A stretch of 64,000 bases of DNA from NCBI GenBank assembly GCA_963666835.2, contig CAXXGO010000006.1, positions 1,600,001 through 1,664,000 on the forward strand, in the 5' to 3' direction. Shown in pieces: positions 19,751-29,590 of the stretch. The DNA is from Phycisphaerae bacterium (GTDB lineage Bacteria > Planctomycetota > Phycisphaerae > UBA1845). The notes beneath the pieces were generated by a model that was not told the origin of the DNA, searched no databases, and worked only from the letters and a program-made list of their open reading frames with translations. Position numbers and translations under genes: made by a program. The stretch's first letter is position 1. Each line of letters begins with the position of its first letter.

Positions 19751-21054
19751 CCGTAGGCACGAGGATCCCACAGTCTCCGTCGGAGCTGAAGCGTCCCGAG
19801 GACGTACAAGGCTGGGTAGACTTGCTGCGCGCACGGGTAGCGACCTTGAAGCCCGATGCCAGGATTGATCAGATTCTCTGGGGGCTCTCCGGCGCCGTTG
19901 ATCGGATTGTGGCGGAACACAGCGGCATGGCCCGGGAACTGCTCAGCGTGTACGAGCAGCTCGGCATCGTGTTCGAGGTCACCGGGCGGCTATCCACCGT
20001 GCAGTGCGAACGGGAAGTCGTGGATCTGTTCGTCGAGAGCCTCCGCCGCAGCTTCGATCGCCGGGTCGTATTCGTTGTGCGCCAGGGTCCCGGGGAAGAG
20101 TGGTCCACGCAGGGTTGCGAGCTGACCGTTGACGAGTGGATCAAGAGCCTGGTTAACCGGGCGCGCGATACCAGCACGGTCTTGGTCGAAACCCCTCCGG
20201 TCGACATGGAGCATCATAATGTTGCCGAGACGATGGTCGGTCCGGTGTTTGCCGGGGATGCTTTCGTGTTCGCGATAGTCCTTGCGCGCGGTCGGGGAGT
20301 TCCGGAGTTCGTCGCCAGTGATATGTCGTTGCTCGAATCGCTGACGACGTTCTGCGGGGACTTGATTCGCAGCCATCGACTGATGCGCGAATTGCGGATG
20401 ATGTCCTTCTCGATGGTGCGGTCGTTGGTCAACGCCGTCGATCAAAAGGACGAGTACACTTCCGGGCATTCCCTGCGCGTCGGGCATTTCGCCACGTTGT
20501 TGGGCAAGCGGGTGGGCCTCCACGGCGTGGACATAGAGCTGCTGCAGTGGGGGGCGTTGCTGCACGATGTCGGCAAGATCGGTATCCGCGATGACGTTTT
20601 GAAGAAAGCGGGAAAGCTGACCCCCGAGGAGCTTGATCATATCAAGGAGCACCCGACGCGTAGCCATAGGGTCGTGCAGGAAATCCCCCAGTTGGCCGGA
20701 GCCCTCGAGGGAGTTCTGCATCACCATGAACGCTACGATGGGACCGGATATCCTGCGGGGCTCGCTCGGGAGGAGATCCCGCTGCAGGCCCGGATCATTC
20801 AGATTGCCGACGTCTTCGATGCTCTGACTTCCACGCGGTCGTATCGGGCGGCGTATGATTGGCGCAAAGCTCTGGCGATTCTCAAGGACGAGGCCGGGAA
20901 GCTGGTGGATCCGAATCTGTGCCGGGTGTTCGATGAGCTGATCCACGGATTACTCGATGGTGACGACAACGCCTGGGATAGGCTGGTGGAACAGGCTAAT
21001 GCGTTTGCGCAGGCGGAGAAAGAGGACCTGGGGGGGGATTCCGAGGGAGAATGA
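19747..21054 (+). CDS. GAF-like + HD-GYP c-di-GMP phosphodiesterase
   Basis: GHSLRV, LLHDVGK, HHERYDGTGYP, IADVFDALTS.RSYR; GTGA overlap with the receiver gene. Confidence 0.9.
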   Translation: MTVGTRIPQSPSELKRPEDVQGWVDLLRARVATLKPDARIDQILWGLSGAVDRIVAEHSGMARELLSVYEQLGIVFEVTGRLSTVQCEREVVDLFVESLRRSFDRRVVFVVRQGPGEEWSTQGCELTVDEWIKSLVNRARDTSTVLVETPPVDMEHHNVAETMVGPVFAGDAFVFAIVLARGRGVPEFVASDMSLLESLTTFCGDLIRSHRLMRELRMMSFSMVRSLVNAVDQKDEYTSGHSLRVGHFATLLGKRVGLHGVDIELLQWGALLHDVGKIGIRDDVLKKAGKLTPEELDHIKEHPTRSHRVVQEIPQLAGALEGVLHHHERYDGTGYPAGLAREEIPLQARIIQIADVFDALTSTRSYRAAYDWRKALAILKDEAGKLVDPNLCRVFDELIHGLLDGDDNAWDRLVEQANAFAQAEKEDLGGDSEGE

Positions 21055-21061
21055 CGTGCAT

Positions 21062-22384
21062 ATGACACTTCTGTTGACGTGGTTCCCCATCATCTTGGGG
21101 GTGGGCGTGGGAGGTCGCCTGCTGGGACGCACCCGCGGCTTCGGACTGGGCATTCTTTGCGCGCTATTCTGGATCGTCCTGGTTCAAGCATCGGCCGGGG
21201 CGGAGGTGTGGTTCCACCCGTGGACTGTAGCGGGTCTGATTGCCGGAGCCGTCACGATTGTTTCGATGGGGGGTTGGTCCGGCGAGATTGCACTGGAGCC
21301 GCGGTCGAACCGGGCGGCGTCAACCGAGCCGACCACGGCGGCAGCCGCGGCCGAGCGGAGGCCGTTGGATCAGGTTTCCGCGATATTGGATCAATTCGAT
21401 GACTGGCTGGAGGATCATCGCAAGGACAACAACCCTTGGCCCAAGTTCGACGAGTTCGTGCGTACCGTACTGTACAATTGTTGCGGTGCAACGCATGTGC
21501 GGCCGTATCGGCTGATGGCGGACAGCGAGGAACTGGTCCCGCTCAGCGAGGCGGATCCGTTTTCGGAGGAGAATCCGCTCTCGGCCCGGCAGGGGATCAT
21601 CGGGCATGTAGTCACGACGGGTCGTACCTACCTGGACAACGACGGCACTCACGGAGAGTTGGTCAGCCGGCTGGCCGAGGAGTCGTCCGAGACGATCGCC
21701 TGGTGTTTCGCGGTTCGCCAGGGAGCGACCCGCCTCGGCGTAGTGGTAGTCGGTCATCTGGAGGTTGCTCCGGATCTTCAACGCCAGTTTCTGCGCACCG
21801 TTGAGCGATTGGTTGTGCGGCTGTGGTGCTCGTTACTGGAGGTGCACAGGAGTCGCTCAGCCGTTTTGGATGATCCCGTTTCCGGGCTTCTTACTCGGGA
21901 GGCGTTCTTGGCTGTTGCCGAGCAGTCTCTCGCAGAGTCGTACGCTCAGGGGGAGCCCGTCGCCGCTGTGGTGGTTACCCTGGAACGGCTGCGTGAATTG
22001 AACGACTCCGGGCGGTGGGAAGTGGCGGATGAACTGGTCCGGATGGTCGGGCAGGCGCTGCGCCGAAAGGTCCGAATGGATGATCGTCTGGGGAGATTCG
22101 ACGGCTCCCGATTCGTCCTGTTGCTCAGGCGGGTGGATTCCGAATTGGCGTCGCTGATCGTTGCCCAGATCATGTCACAGCTTGAGAAGATCTGCAGCGA
22201 GGAGTCACGTTGGCAAGCATCCATCGTGGTGCGCTGTGGGGTAGCGGGTAGCGGTACGGAGGACCCGGACCTGCGCGGCCTTCTGTCGCGCGCCCTAATG
22301 CAGTGCCACCGGGCCCGAACGGCGGACATCCCGATCGCCAGTGATTTGAAACCTCCGCCGGTGGCAGGGGCGGTGTCGTCATGA
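21062..22384 (+). CDS. TM-GAF-degenerate GGDEF protein (putative c-di-GMP receptor, PelD-like architecture)
   Basis: N-terminal TM helices; GAF-like region (QGIIGHVVTTG); DPVSGL, LNDSG; RMDD-RLGRF-DGSRF in place of RxxD-x5-GGDEF. Confidence 0.8.
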   Translation: MTLLLTWFPIILGVGVGGRLLGRTRGFGLGILCALFWIVLVQASAGAEVWFHPWTVAGLIAGAVTIVSMGGWSGEIALEPRSNRAASTEPTTAAAAAERRPLDQVSAILDQFDDWLEDHRKDNNPWPKFDEFVRTVLYNCCGATHVRPYRLMADSEELVPLSEADPFSEENPLSARQGIIGHVVTTGRTYLDNDGTHGELVSRLAEESSETIAWCFAVRQGATRLGVVVVGHLEVAPDLQRQFLRTVERLVVRLWCSLLEVHRSRSAVLDDPVSGLLTREAFLAVAEQSLAESYAQGEPVAAVVVTLERLRELNDSGRWEVADELVRMVGQALRRKVRMDDRLGRFDGSRFVLLLRRVDSELASLIVAQIMSQLEKICSEESRWQASIVVRCGVAGSGTEDPDLRGLLSRALMQCHRARTADIPIASDLKPPPVAGAVSS

Positions 22385-22716
22385 GGATCGAGCAGCAACA
22401 GATGGGGACGGTCAACGTTCTGACCCCGGTGGGCGCGCTGGTCGACGAAGATGCCGAAGAACTCGCCCGGATGCTGCGTGAACGAACGCGATCGGCCAAT
22501 CCACGGGTCGTGGTATCCATGGCGGAGGTCCCTTATTTGGACAGCGTGGCCCTGGAGAGTCTGGTCGATGCGACGGATGAGCTGGCCGACCGTGCCATGC
22601 GCCTGAGACTCGCGGCGGTTCCGTCCACCTGCCGGGAGATCTTGGAGCTGACCGGCCTGGCGGACAAGTTTCGTTTTTTCAACGAAGTCCAAGACGCCGT
22701 GCGGAGCTATCTGTGA
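22381..22716 (+). CDS. STAS domain protein (anti-anti-sigma family)
   Basis: VPYLDSVAL, EILELTGL; ATGA overlap. Confidence 0.88.
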   Translation: MRIEQQQMGTVNVLTPVGALVDEDAEELARMLRERTRSANPRVVVSMAEVPYLDSVALESLVDATDELADRAMRLRLAAVPSTCREILELTGLADKFRFFNEVQDAVRSYL

Positions 22717-22757
22717 CGGCGGGGAACGCCGCCGTCCGGGGAGCGTGATTGGCTATT

Positions 22758-24518
22758 ATGGCTAACTTGATGATCGATGGTGCTGCCAGGCTCGGAGATC
22801 AGCTCGTTCGCGACGGGCTGATCACTCCCGAGCAACTGGCCGAAGCGCTCTCATCCCAGGAGGCTACGGGCGGTCGGATCGGGGGCGTGCTGGTCCAGGC
22901 CGGGGCGATCTCAGCCGGGTCGCTGGTTCAGGCGCTCTCCAAGAGGCTGGGAGTAAAGGGCTGCGTCTTGCGGCACGGGCTGATCGATCCGAAGGTGGCC
23001 AAGACGGTTATGAAGGAGGAGGCGGAGCGTCTGCAGGTTCTGCCTCTGTTCCGCGTACGTGATGAACTGACCGTGGCGATGGTCGAGCCGCAATCGCTTC
23101 CTATCCAAGACCGCCTCCGCAATCTCACCGGCTGTTCGATTCGTCCGGTGTTGGTTCTGGAGGAGAACCTGCAGGAATACCAACGCAAGTATCTGGCGGC
23201 CGAGGTCAACGTGGACTCCTTTCTGGCGTCGATGGAAGAGAGCGACATCCACATCACCGAGAACGAGGCCATTGACGAAGGGGCGGTGGCCGACCTGGAT
23301 CAGATGGTCGAAGGCAGCCCGGTGGTCAACCTCGTGAACTTGGCGATTCTGACCGCGATGCGGGCGGGGGCGAGCGACATTCACATCGAGCCGGATCGTG
23401 ATGCTACGCACATTCGCTATCGCATCGACGGGCACTTGCGTGAGATGCTCAAGCCCCCCAAGGGTATGCATGCCGCTATCGTGTCACGCGTGAAGGTCAT
23501 CGGGCGAATGGACATCGCCGAGAAGCGTCTGCCGCAGGAAGGGCGCGTGCATATTGTGGCCGACGGGCGCGAGATCGATTTGCGCGTCTCGACCATGCCG
23601 ACCGTGCTGGGCGAGAAGGTGGTGCTCAGGATTCTGGATAAATCGCAACTGAGTTTCGAGCTGGAGAACCTCGGAATCCGGGGCCGGAATCGCGCCGCCA
23701 TCGAGGCGATGATCCGCAGTCCGTACGGGCTCATGCTCGTGACCGGTCCGACCGGCAGCGGCAAGACGACCACGCTTTACTCGGCTTTGGACCTGCTCCG
23801 CAGCGAGGCCACCAACATCGTGACGATCGAGGATCCGGTGGAGTATCAGCTTCCGCTGATCAACCAGATTCAAGTGGCCGAGCGGGTCGGGTTGACCTTT
23901 GTTCGAGCTTTGCGCTCGATCCTCCGGCAGGACCCCGACGTTATTATGGTCGGCGAGATCCGGGATGAAGATACGGCGCGGGTCGCCATCCAGGCGGCGT
24001 TGACCGGGCACCTGGTGCTGTCCACGCTGCACACCAACGACTGCCCCGGTGGGGTGATGCGGATGCTCGATATGGGCATCGAGCCGTACTTATTGTCGGC
24101 CGCGGTGTTAGGCTTCGTTGCTCAGCGGCTGGCACGGAAGATATGCCCGTCATGTCGGACGTCGTACTACCCGCCCCCGGCTTTGCTGAAGAGTGTTGGT
24201 TGGGAACACCGCAGCAATGAACTCTTCCAGAAGGGAGAGGGTTGCCGCGAATGTAACAACACCGGGTTCCGCGGGCGGGTGGGGATCTATGAGGTCATGC
24301 TTCTCGATGCGGAAATCAAGCGTCTGATTCAGTGCAGCGGTTCTGAGACCGAGATGCGGGTCTATCTGGCCCAGACCGGATGGCGAACTCTGCGTGACCG
24401 GGCGCTGGACGTTGTCGATCGGGGCGAGTCTACGCTGGAGGAGGTGCTGCGGGTGACGCGGTCCGAGGCGTTGGATGTGGGGGATCCTACGGGGGCCGGA
24501 GCTGAGGCAGAGTTATGA
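22758..24518 (+). CDS. pilB: GspE/PilB-family assembly ATPase with N-terminal MshEN domain
   Basis: RLGDQLVRDGLIT..QL..AL..Q, ASDIHIEP, GPTGSGKTT, DPDVIMVGEIRD, CPSC/CREC. Confidence 0.92.
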   Translation: MANLMIDGAARLGDQLVRDGLITPEQLAEALSSQEATGGRIGGVLVQAGAISAGSLVQALSKRLGVKGCVLRHGLIDPKVAKTVMKEEAERLQVLPLFRVRDELTVAMVEPQSLPIQDRLRNLTGCSIRPVLVLEENLQEYQRKYLAAEVNVDSFLASMEESDIHITENEAIDEGAVADLDQMVEGSPVVNLVNLAILTAMRAGASDIHIEPDRDATHIRYRIDGHLREMLKPPKGMHAAIVSRVKVIGRMDIAEKRLPQEGRVHIVADGREIDLRVSTMPTVLGEKVVLRILDKSQLSFELENLGIRGRNRAAIEAMIRSPYGLMLVTGPTGSGKTTTLYSALDLLRSEATNIVTIEDPVEYQLPLINQIQVAERVGLTFVRALRSILRQDPDVIMVGEIRDEDTARVAIQAALTGHLVLSTLHTNDCPGGVMRMLDMGIEPYLLSAAVLGFVAQRLARKICPSCRTSYYPPPALLKSVGWEHRSNELFQKGEGCRECNNTGFRGRVGIYEVMLLDAEIKRLIQCSGSETEMRVYLAQTGWRTLRDRALDVVDRGESTLEEVLRVTRSEALDVGDPTGAGAEAEL

Positions 24519-25732
24519 TCCTGACGTATGAAGCCATGGATGCCGAGGGGCGGCGCACCCACGATGCCGTTGAAGCTCCCAACTCGAAAGAGGCCGTAGA
24601 GCTGCTGCGAAGACGCGGGCTTTTCGTGACCCGCATCGAGCAATCCGCCGAGCCGAAGGCCAAAACGGCGACGTCAGGCGCTCACGGTGATCGAAGCAGA
24701 CTGCCGCTGAAGGTCTTGGCGCTGTTCACGCGGCAGATGGCCATGCTGTTGCATGCCGGCAGCGGAGTTGTGCCGGCTATTTCCACGATTGCTCGCCAGA
24801 TGAAGAAGCCGGTGCAAGCCGATCTGCTTCGCAGTGTTGTCACCGAATTGGAGGACGGTACGCCGCTCACCGACGCTTTCCGCAAGCACCCGCGTACCTT
24901 CGATCCGGTGTACTGCGCGATCGTGTCAGCGGGTGAGGCCAGCGGTACGTTAACCCAGATGTTCGAGCGGTTGGCCATCATAGTCGGAAGACGCCGGGCG
25001 ATTCGCAAGAAGATCCTGGGGGCGTTTGCCTATCCCGCGCTGCTCATCGTAATGTGCGTTTCCATTCTGCAGTCGGTGCTGCTCTTTGTTTTGCCGCGGT
25101 TCGCCGACATGTTTGAGCAACTGGGCGTCGAGGCGCCGGCCTCCACTGAGTTGCTTCTGGCTACCGGAGCGGCGGTGCGGACGAACTGGATGTTCGTGTT
25201 GGCGGGCATTGTGGCGTTCGGATTGGGCGTTGCCTGGTTGGCGACCAGCACCGCTGGGCGGCGATGGCTCACGAATATCCAGTTGAGCATTCCGGTGTTT
25301 GGCCGGCTGCGTTCTCGGTTGATCCAGGCCCAGATTCTCCGGACGTTGGGAATGTTGTTGGAGAGCAGGGTCGGGTTGCTCGACGCCCTGGAGTTGGCCC
25401 GCGGCGCAACTCGGAACCAGCGTTTCCAGCATCTTTTCGACAGTGTCGAGAACAACGTGACCTCCGGCGGAGCGCCCAGCGCGGCGTTTGATAGCTCCGG
25501 GTTGATGGAGCCGTATATCTGCCAGGCCATTCGCACCGGCGAGGAGAGCGGAAGTCTTGGTGAGGCAATGACGTATTGTGCCGACATTCTCGACGAAAGT
25601 AACGAGGAGCTGATCTCGGTAGTTACGAAGTTGGTGGAACCGGTCATTCTTATCGGCATGGGGGCAATCGTCGGAGGGGTGGCGATCTCTCTGTTCCTGC
25701 CGTTGTTTGACCTTACCTCAGCTATGGGCTGA
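24515..25732 (+). CDS. pilC: Type II secretion/type IV pilus inner-membrane platform protein (GspF/PilC)
   Basis: FTRQMAMLL.AG, GEASGTL, AFAYP, GEESGSL, LVEP..L; ATGA overlap. Confidence 0.92.
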   Translation: MILTYEAMDAEGRRTHDAVEAPNSKEAVELLRRRGLFVTRIEQSAEPKAKTATSGAHGDRSRLPLKVLALFTRQMAMLLHAGSGVVPAISTIARQMKKPVQADLLRSVVTELEDGTPLTDAFRKHPRTFDPVYCAIVSAGEASGTLTQMFERLAIIVGRRRAIRKKILGAFAYPALLIVMCVSILQSVLLFVLPRFADMFEQLGVEAPASTELLLATGAAVRTNWMFVLAGIVAFGLGVAWLATSTAGRRWLTNIQLSIPVFGRLRSRLIQAQILRTLGMLLESRVGLLDALELARGATRNQRFQHLFDSVENNVTSGGAPSAAFDSSGLMEPYICQAIRTGEESGSLGEAMTYCADILDESNEELISVVTKLVEPVILIGMGAIVGGVAISLFLPLFDLTSAMG

Positions 25733-25749
25733 TCGGTGGAGTAGACCGA

Positions 25750-26841
25750 ATGGTTTCCCTGCGGAGCCAATGCAAGAAACGGACCCGGATCGGCTTGGAC
25801 GTCGGCGGTCACGCCGTACGGGCCGTGCAGTTGCGGCGTTCGGGAAACGTGTACACGGTGTCTGGGTCCGCCCAGCATGAACGACGGCCTATCGGCACTG
25901 ATCAGGATCGGCCGATCGGTGATATTGTGCGGGTGTGCCTGCAGTCCTCCGGTTGCCGGGGGAAGCTCGTGGAGACCGCACTGAGTTCTCCGGATCTCGA
26001 GGTACACGCCATCAAGCTTCCCCCGGCGGTTTCCGGCGGGCGGCGGGACGAGCTTGATGAAATCGTGCACTGGGAAGTACAGCGGCTGACCACCTTGCCG
26101 AGCGGGAGCGTGGAAACTCGCCACTGGCTGCTGCCGGAAACGCGAGGTTCTGCTCCGAATGCTCTGGGGGTTGCTGCGGCTAGGGAGGTGATTACGCAGT
26201 CCATCGAGGCGTGTGCTGCGGCCGGGTTCACCTGCTCGGGAGTGGATGCGGCGGCAGCGGCGCTGAGTCGGTTCGGGAGTTTGCTTAACCCATGGCCGTC
26301 GGACGCGGTTTGGGGCATCCTCGATCTCGGGCTCCGCGAAACGCGCACCATCTTGTGTGTGGACGGCGTGCCGGTTTTGGTCCGCACGACCGGTCCCGGA
26401 GGGGAGGCGTGGACCGCACAGATTGCCGAGGCGTTGGAGATTTCCGTCAAAGCTGCGGAGGTGCAGAAGCGCGACGCCGGTCTCGCCTTGACCGGTCGTG
26501 GTGTTAGAGCCGAGGGCGTCGCGACGCCTGCCGGAGAGCTGGCCGCAATCCTGACGGGAGTCTTGCGGAACGATCTGCAAACTCTCGCCGGTGAGGTGAA
26601 GCGTTCATACGAATACGTGTTGAGCTGTTATCCGCGACGTCGGGCGGCCGATCTGGTGCTCGTGGGGGGCGGGGCGGTTACGAAGAACCTGGCGGAGTAC
26701 CTGGCGCAGGCGCTGGGGATTCCCGTATGCCCGGCATCGGCTTGGCTTAGTCGGGATGGATGCCGGCTGCGTTTTGCGAGCGGCCGGCAGAGTCGGATTG
26801 AGGAACTGGCGCTGGCCGTCGGTGTGGCGATTGAGAGTTAG
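25750..26841 (+). CDS. pilM: PilM-like actin-fold pilus assembly protein
   Basis: IGLDVG, ILDLG, LVGGGA, ALAVGVA; gene order. Confidence 0.85.
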   Translation: MVSLRSQCKKRTRIGLDVGGHAVRAVQLRRSGNVYTVSGSAQHERRPIGTDQDRPIGDIVRVCLQSSGCRGKLVETALSSPDLEVHAIKLPPAVSGGRRDELDEIVHWEVQRLTTLPSGSVETRHWLLPETRGSAPNALGVAAAREVITQSIEACAAAGFTCSGVDAAAAALSRFGSLLNPWPSDAVWGILDLGLRETRTILCVDGVPVLVRTTGPGGEAWTAQIAEALEISVKAAEVQKRDAGLALTGRGVRAEGVATPAGELAAILTGVLRNDLQTLAGEVKRSYEYVLSCYPRRRAADLVLVGGGAVTKNLAEYLAQALGIPVCPASAWLSRDGCRLRFASGRQSRIEELALAVGVAIES

Positions 26842-26967
26842 GAATCCGGGGGGAGATGTGGATTGAGATAATCAGCATCGTCCTTGGGGGGTGATGCGTT
26901 CTTCGAGGTTTATCGCCGCTGCCTGCGGGTGACGGCGGATCGGCTAAACGGCCGGCGGTTGGCGTTT

Positions 26968-27588
26968 ATGACCAGGATCAACCTCATTCCGGCGCCCGTG
27001 CAGATGTCGCAGAGGCGGCGACGCCATACGGCGCGCTGGCTGGTGGCGGCGATGTTGTCGTTGAGTGCCGTTGCGGTGTCTCTAGGGTATGAGTGGCTGC
27101 GTCGGGCCGAGGCCGGCGAACTCCACGCCCGCAGTCAGCAGCTCCAGTTGGGTCTCCGGCAGGCCCGGGCAAAACTGGAAGCGACGACCACCGAGGTCCA
27201 GCAAACCCGAATTCGCATCGATCGCGCTAACGCGTTGCGTTCCAAGCGGGCTTGGTCGGGGTTGATTACGCTCATCGGGGAGAATCTGCCCGATACCTGT
27301 TGGCTGACCTCCATTGCCACTGACCCTACCGCTCCGACGAGGCAGGTTCGCCGAACTCCGGCTCGTCCCGGGGCGGCGGACGCGGAGGAAGCGCCCCGGG
27401 CGATAACTATCGACGCGCCGCGGAAGTTGAAGCTGGCGGGCTTTGCCACCGAAGCCGCCGAGCCTCACGCCCTGGTTGCCGCTCTCAAGGAGACGGGGGC
27501 GTTCACCCGCGTTGCGGTTCTGGAGTCTCAACGACAGCCCGTTCACGGCGGGATGTATTATAGGTTCGAGTTGGTTTGCGAGTGGTAG
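26968..27588 (+). CDS. pilN: PilN-like protein
   Basis: RINLIP motif, TM, coiled coil, LP...WLTSI, LAGFA, FELVC. Confidence 0.8.
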   Translation: MTRINLIPAPVQMSQRRRRHTARWLVAAMLSLSAVAVSLGYEWLRRAEAGELHARSQQLQLGLRQARAKLEATTTEVQQTRIRIDRANALRSKRAWSGLITLIGENLPDTCWLTSIATDPTAPTRQVRRTPARPGAADAEEAPRAITIDAPRKLKLAGFATEAAEPHALVAALKETGAFTRVAVLESQRQPVHGGMYYRFELVCEW

Positions 27589-27591
27589 CCG

Positions 27592-28179
27592 ATGTCTCAC
27601 GGTGACAGAATGTCCTTGCTGGTTGCGGATGCGGTGGGAGCCTGCATCGTCGCCGTATGCCTGACCGCCGTCGCGTGGCTGACGGTCTTTCGGACGGATC
27701 ACACCGGAGCGGAGGTTGCCCAATTGACCAGCGCGGTGCACAAGGCCAGCGTCGATCTGGCCAACGTCCGCCGGGCGCAGGAGGAGCAGGAGTCCCTATT
27801 GGCGGAGAGCCGCAAGCGGCTTGGAGATAGCGGACAGTTGCCGGATCATACCCCGATTGAGGAGTACTTTCAGGCTCTGGCGGAGCTTACCGCCCGGCAT
27901 GATCTGCGGGTGCTGCGGCAGAGCCCGATCGATCCGCGCGAGTATCCCGGGTTGCTCGAGCAGCGCTATAGTCTCGAACTGGTCGGCAGTACCCTCGATC
28001 TGGTTCGCTTCTTCCGGTCGATTGAGCATACGGAGTTCTGGGCGGATATCAGTTTCCTGGAGATTGCGAATCACACCAACGCCCCGATGCACGATCCGCG
28101 AGACCGCGTTGCCCAACTAACGGTCAGTTTGTTCTCAGCTTTGCCGGTCGCACCTTCAACACCTAGTGGGTCGGGGTGA
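27592..28179 (+). CDS. pilO: PilO-like protein
   Basis: TM + coiled coil, LP....EE, G....L.RFF..IE; gene order. Confidence 0.75.
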   Translation: MSHGDRMSLLVADAVGACIVAVCLTAVAWLTVFRTDHTGAEVAQLTSAVHKASVDLANVRRAQEEQESLLAESRKRLGDSGQLPDHTPIEEYFQALAELTARHDLRVLRQSPIDPREYPGLLEQRYSLELVGSTLDLVRFFRSIEHTEFWADISFLEIANHTNAPMHDPRDRVAQLTVSLFSALPVAPSTPSGSG

Positions 28180-28721
28180 TGGCGATGGAGAAGAAGAAAC
28201 TGTACATCGGCATCATGGTCTGTTGCGGGCTTGCCCTGCTCGTGGATCGCTGCGTGATGACCGATCCGGCAACCGGTCCGGCGGCGGCCGAGGCATTTGT
28301 GCATCCCGTTGTTGGCCCGGCGTCAGCGCCGGTTTCACTACCCATTCCGGAGCTGCCGTTCCCTCGCGGTCTGAAGTCACTGGCGCTAAACGCCGAGGTG
28401 CGTGATCTGTTCGAGCCTCCGGCGGCCGGGCCGGGCAATCCGGACGTGGCGGACTCCGATAAACGCGAGCCCGACCCGACCAGGTCCGCAAACTACCAAG
28501 GCCCGCAACACGATCTGTTCGAGGAGCAACACCATCTCAGCGGGGTGATGGTCAACGAACGTCTCAGAATAGCGATCGTAGACGGGGTCTGGCTGCAGCT
28601 CGGGCAGTCGTTGGACGACTGCAAACTTATATCGGTCGAAGAACGCGAGGTCCGATTCGAATGTAGTGACGGAATCGCGTCACTAAGAATGAGCGGAGTA
28701 ACCCTCCCTGCGAACGACTAA
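28176..28721 (+). CDS. PilP/GspC-like hypothetical protein
   Basis: N-terminal TM, RDLFEP, LSGVM..AIVDG..L.LG beta domain; follows pilO. Confidence 0.6.
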   Translation: MMAMEKKKLYIGIMVCCGLALLVDRCVMTDPATGPAAAEAFVHPVVGPASAPVSLPIPELPFPRGLKSLALNAEVRDLFEPPAAGPGNPDVADSDKREPDPTRSANYQGPQHDLFEEQHHLSGVMVNERLRIAIVDGVWLQLGQSLDDCKLISVEEREVRFECSDGIASLRMSGVTLPAND

Positions 28722-28746
28722 AGTGCCCGGAACCGCGCGTCGATAT
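28719..28746 (+). promoter_or_regulatory. Sigma28-like promoter upstream of the first pilin
   Basis: TAAA-N16-GTCGATAT versus consensus TAAA-N15-GCCGATAA. Confidence 0.55.
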
Positions 28747-28840
28747 GACACGCACGGTCGGGAAGTGGGCTCTACCGGGTACTTCATCCGGCTGTGAGGT
28801 AGGGCTCGTAAGTCAAACCCAAAGGGGCGAGTAAACAAGC

Positions 28841-29329
28841 ATGAAAACAAGAACCAGAACCCGCGGCTTCAGTTTGGTAGAGTTGGTTATCGTGGTCGTG
28901 ATCATCGGCGTGATTGCCGCGATTGCCGTTCCGCGAATAAGTCGCGGGGCCCGCGGCGCCGGGGATGCTGCCTTGCGCGCAACCCTAGCCGGGATCCGGA
29001 ATGCCATCGACATGTACGCCGCCGAGCACGGCGGGGCTTTCCCCGATGGCGCTGACCAGGACGCGATCGAGGCGAAGCTCATCAACAAGACGGACTTCGA
29101 TGGTACCGTCAACGCGTCCGGGGATTTCGGACCGTATTTGCGCAAAGGGTTCCCGGCGATCTCCGTCGGGGCCAACAAGGGAGGGTCCGATCTTCTGATT
29201 GAGACCTCCGGCGACCCCACCCCGGATGCTTCCACGGCGTGGGCCTACAGTACGGATACCGGGGCCTTCATCGCCAACACGGCCGACACGGAGTTGGACG
29301 AGAACGGAGACAAGTATAACGAGTACTGA
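28841..29329 (+). CDS. Type IV prepilin (probable major pilin)
   Basis: RG^FSLVELVIVVVIIGVIAAIAVP class III signal peptide; has its own promoter and terminator. Confidence 0.9.
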   Translation: MKTRTRTRGFSLVELVIVVVIIGVIAAIAVPRISRGARGAGDAALRATLAGIRNAIDMYAAEHGGAFPDGADQDAIEAKLINKTDFDGTVNASGDFGPYLRKGFPAISVGANKGGSDLLIETSGDPTPDASTAWAYSTDTGAFIANTADTELDENGDKYNEY

Positions 29330-29476
29330 TGCTCGGGATGCCCGGTGGCTGACACCGGTTGACTTGTGGGACGCATTGGTGCCCCCCGAGTTAACGACCG
29401 AGAACGCAGCCTGCGTAACCTGACCGAAACACGCAGTGCTTCAGGAGCCGATAAGGCCCTTGCGGCGCGGCGAATG

Positions 29477-29524
29477 AACCGACCTTGCAGAGACGGTTTC
29501 CGTCCCCGCAGGGTCGGTTTTTTT
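29477..29524 (+). terminator. Rho-independent terminator after the first pilin
   Basis: AACCGACCTTGC...GCAGGGTCGGTT stem followed by a T run. Confidence 0.8.
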
Positions 29525-29590
29525 GCGCCTTGCTCACCGTATTGTAAGTTTCTTCGTTGGGGTACGAGAGAGTCCTCGGGAGCGGTTATA

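Noticed and set aside
25030..26580. 516-aa minus-strand ORF
   Set aside because: Antisense to pilC/pilM; low-complexity Arg/Pro composition
29330..29476. Possible c-di-GMP riboswitch or sRNA after the pilin
   Set aside because: No GEMM-type consensus recognised; the region ends in an ordinary terminator
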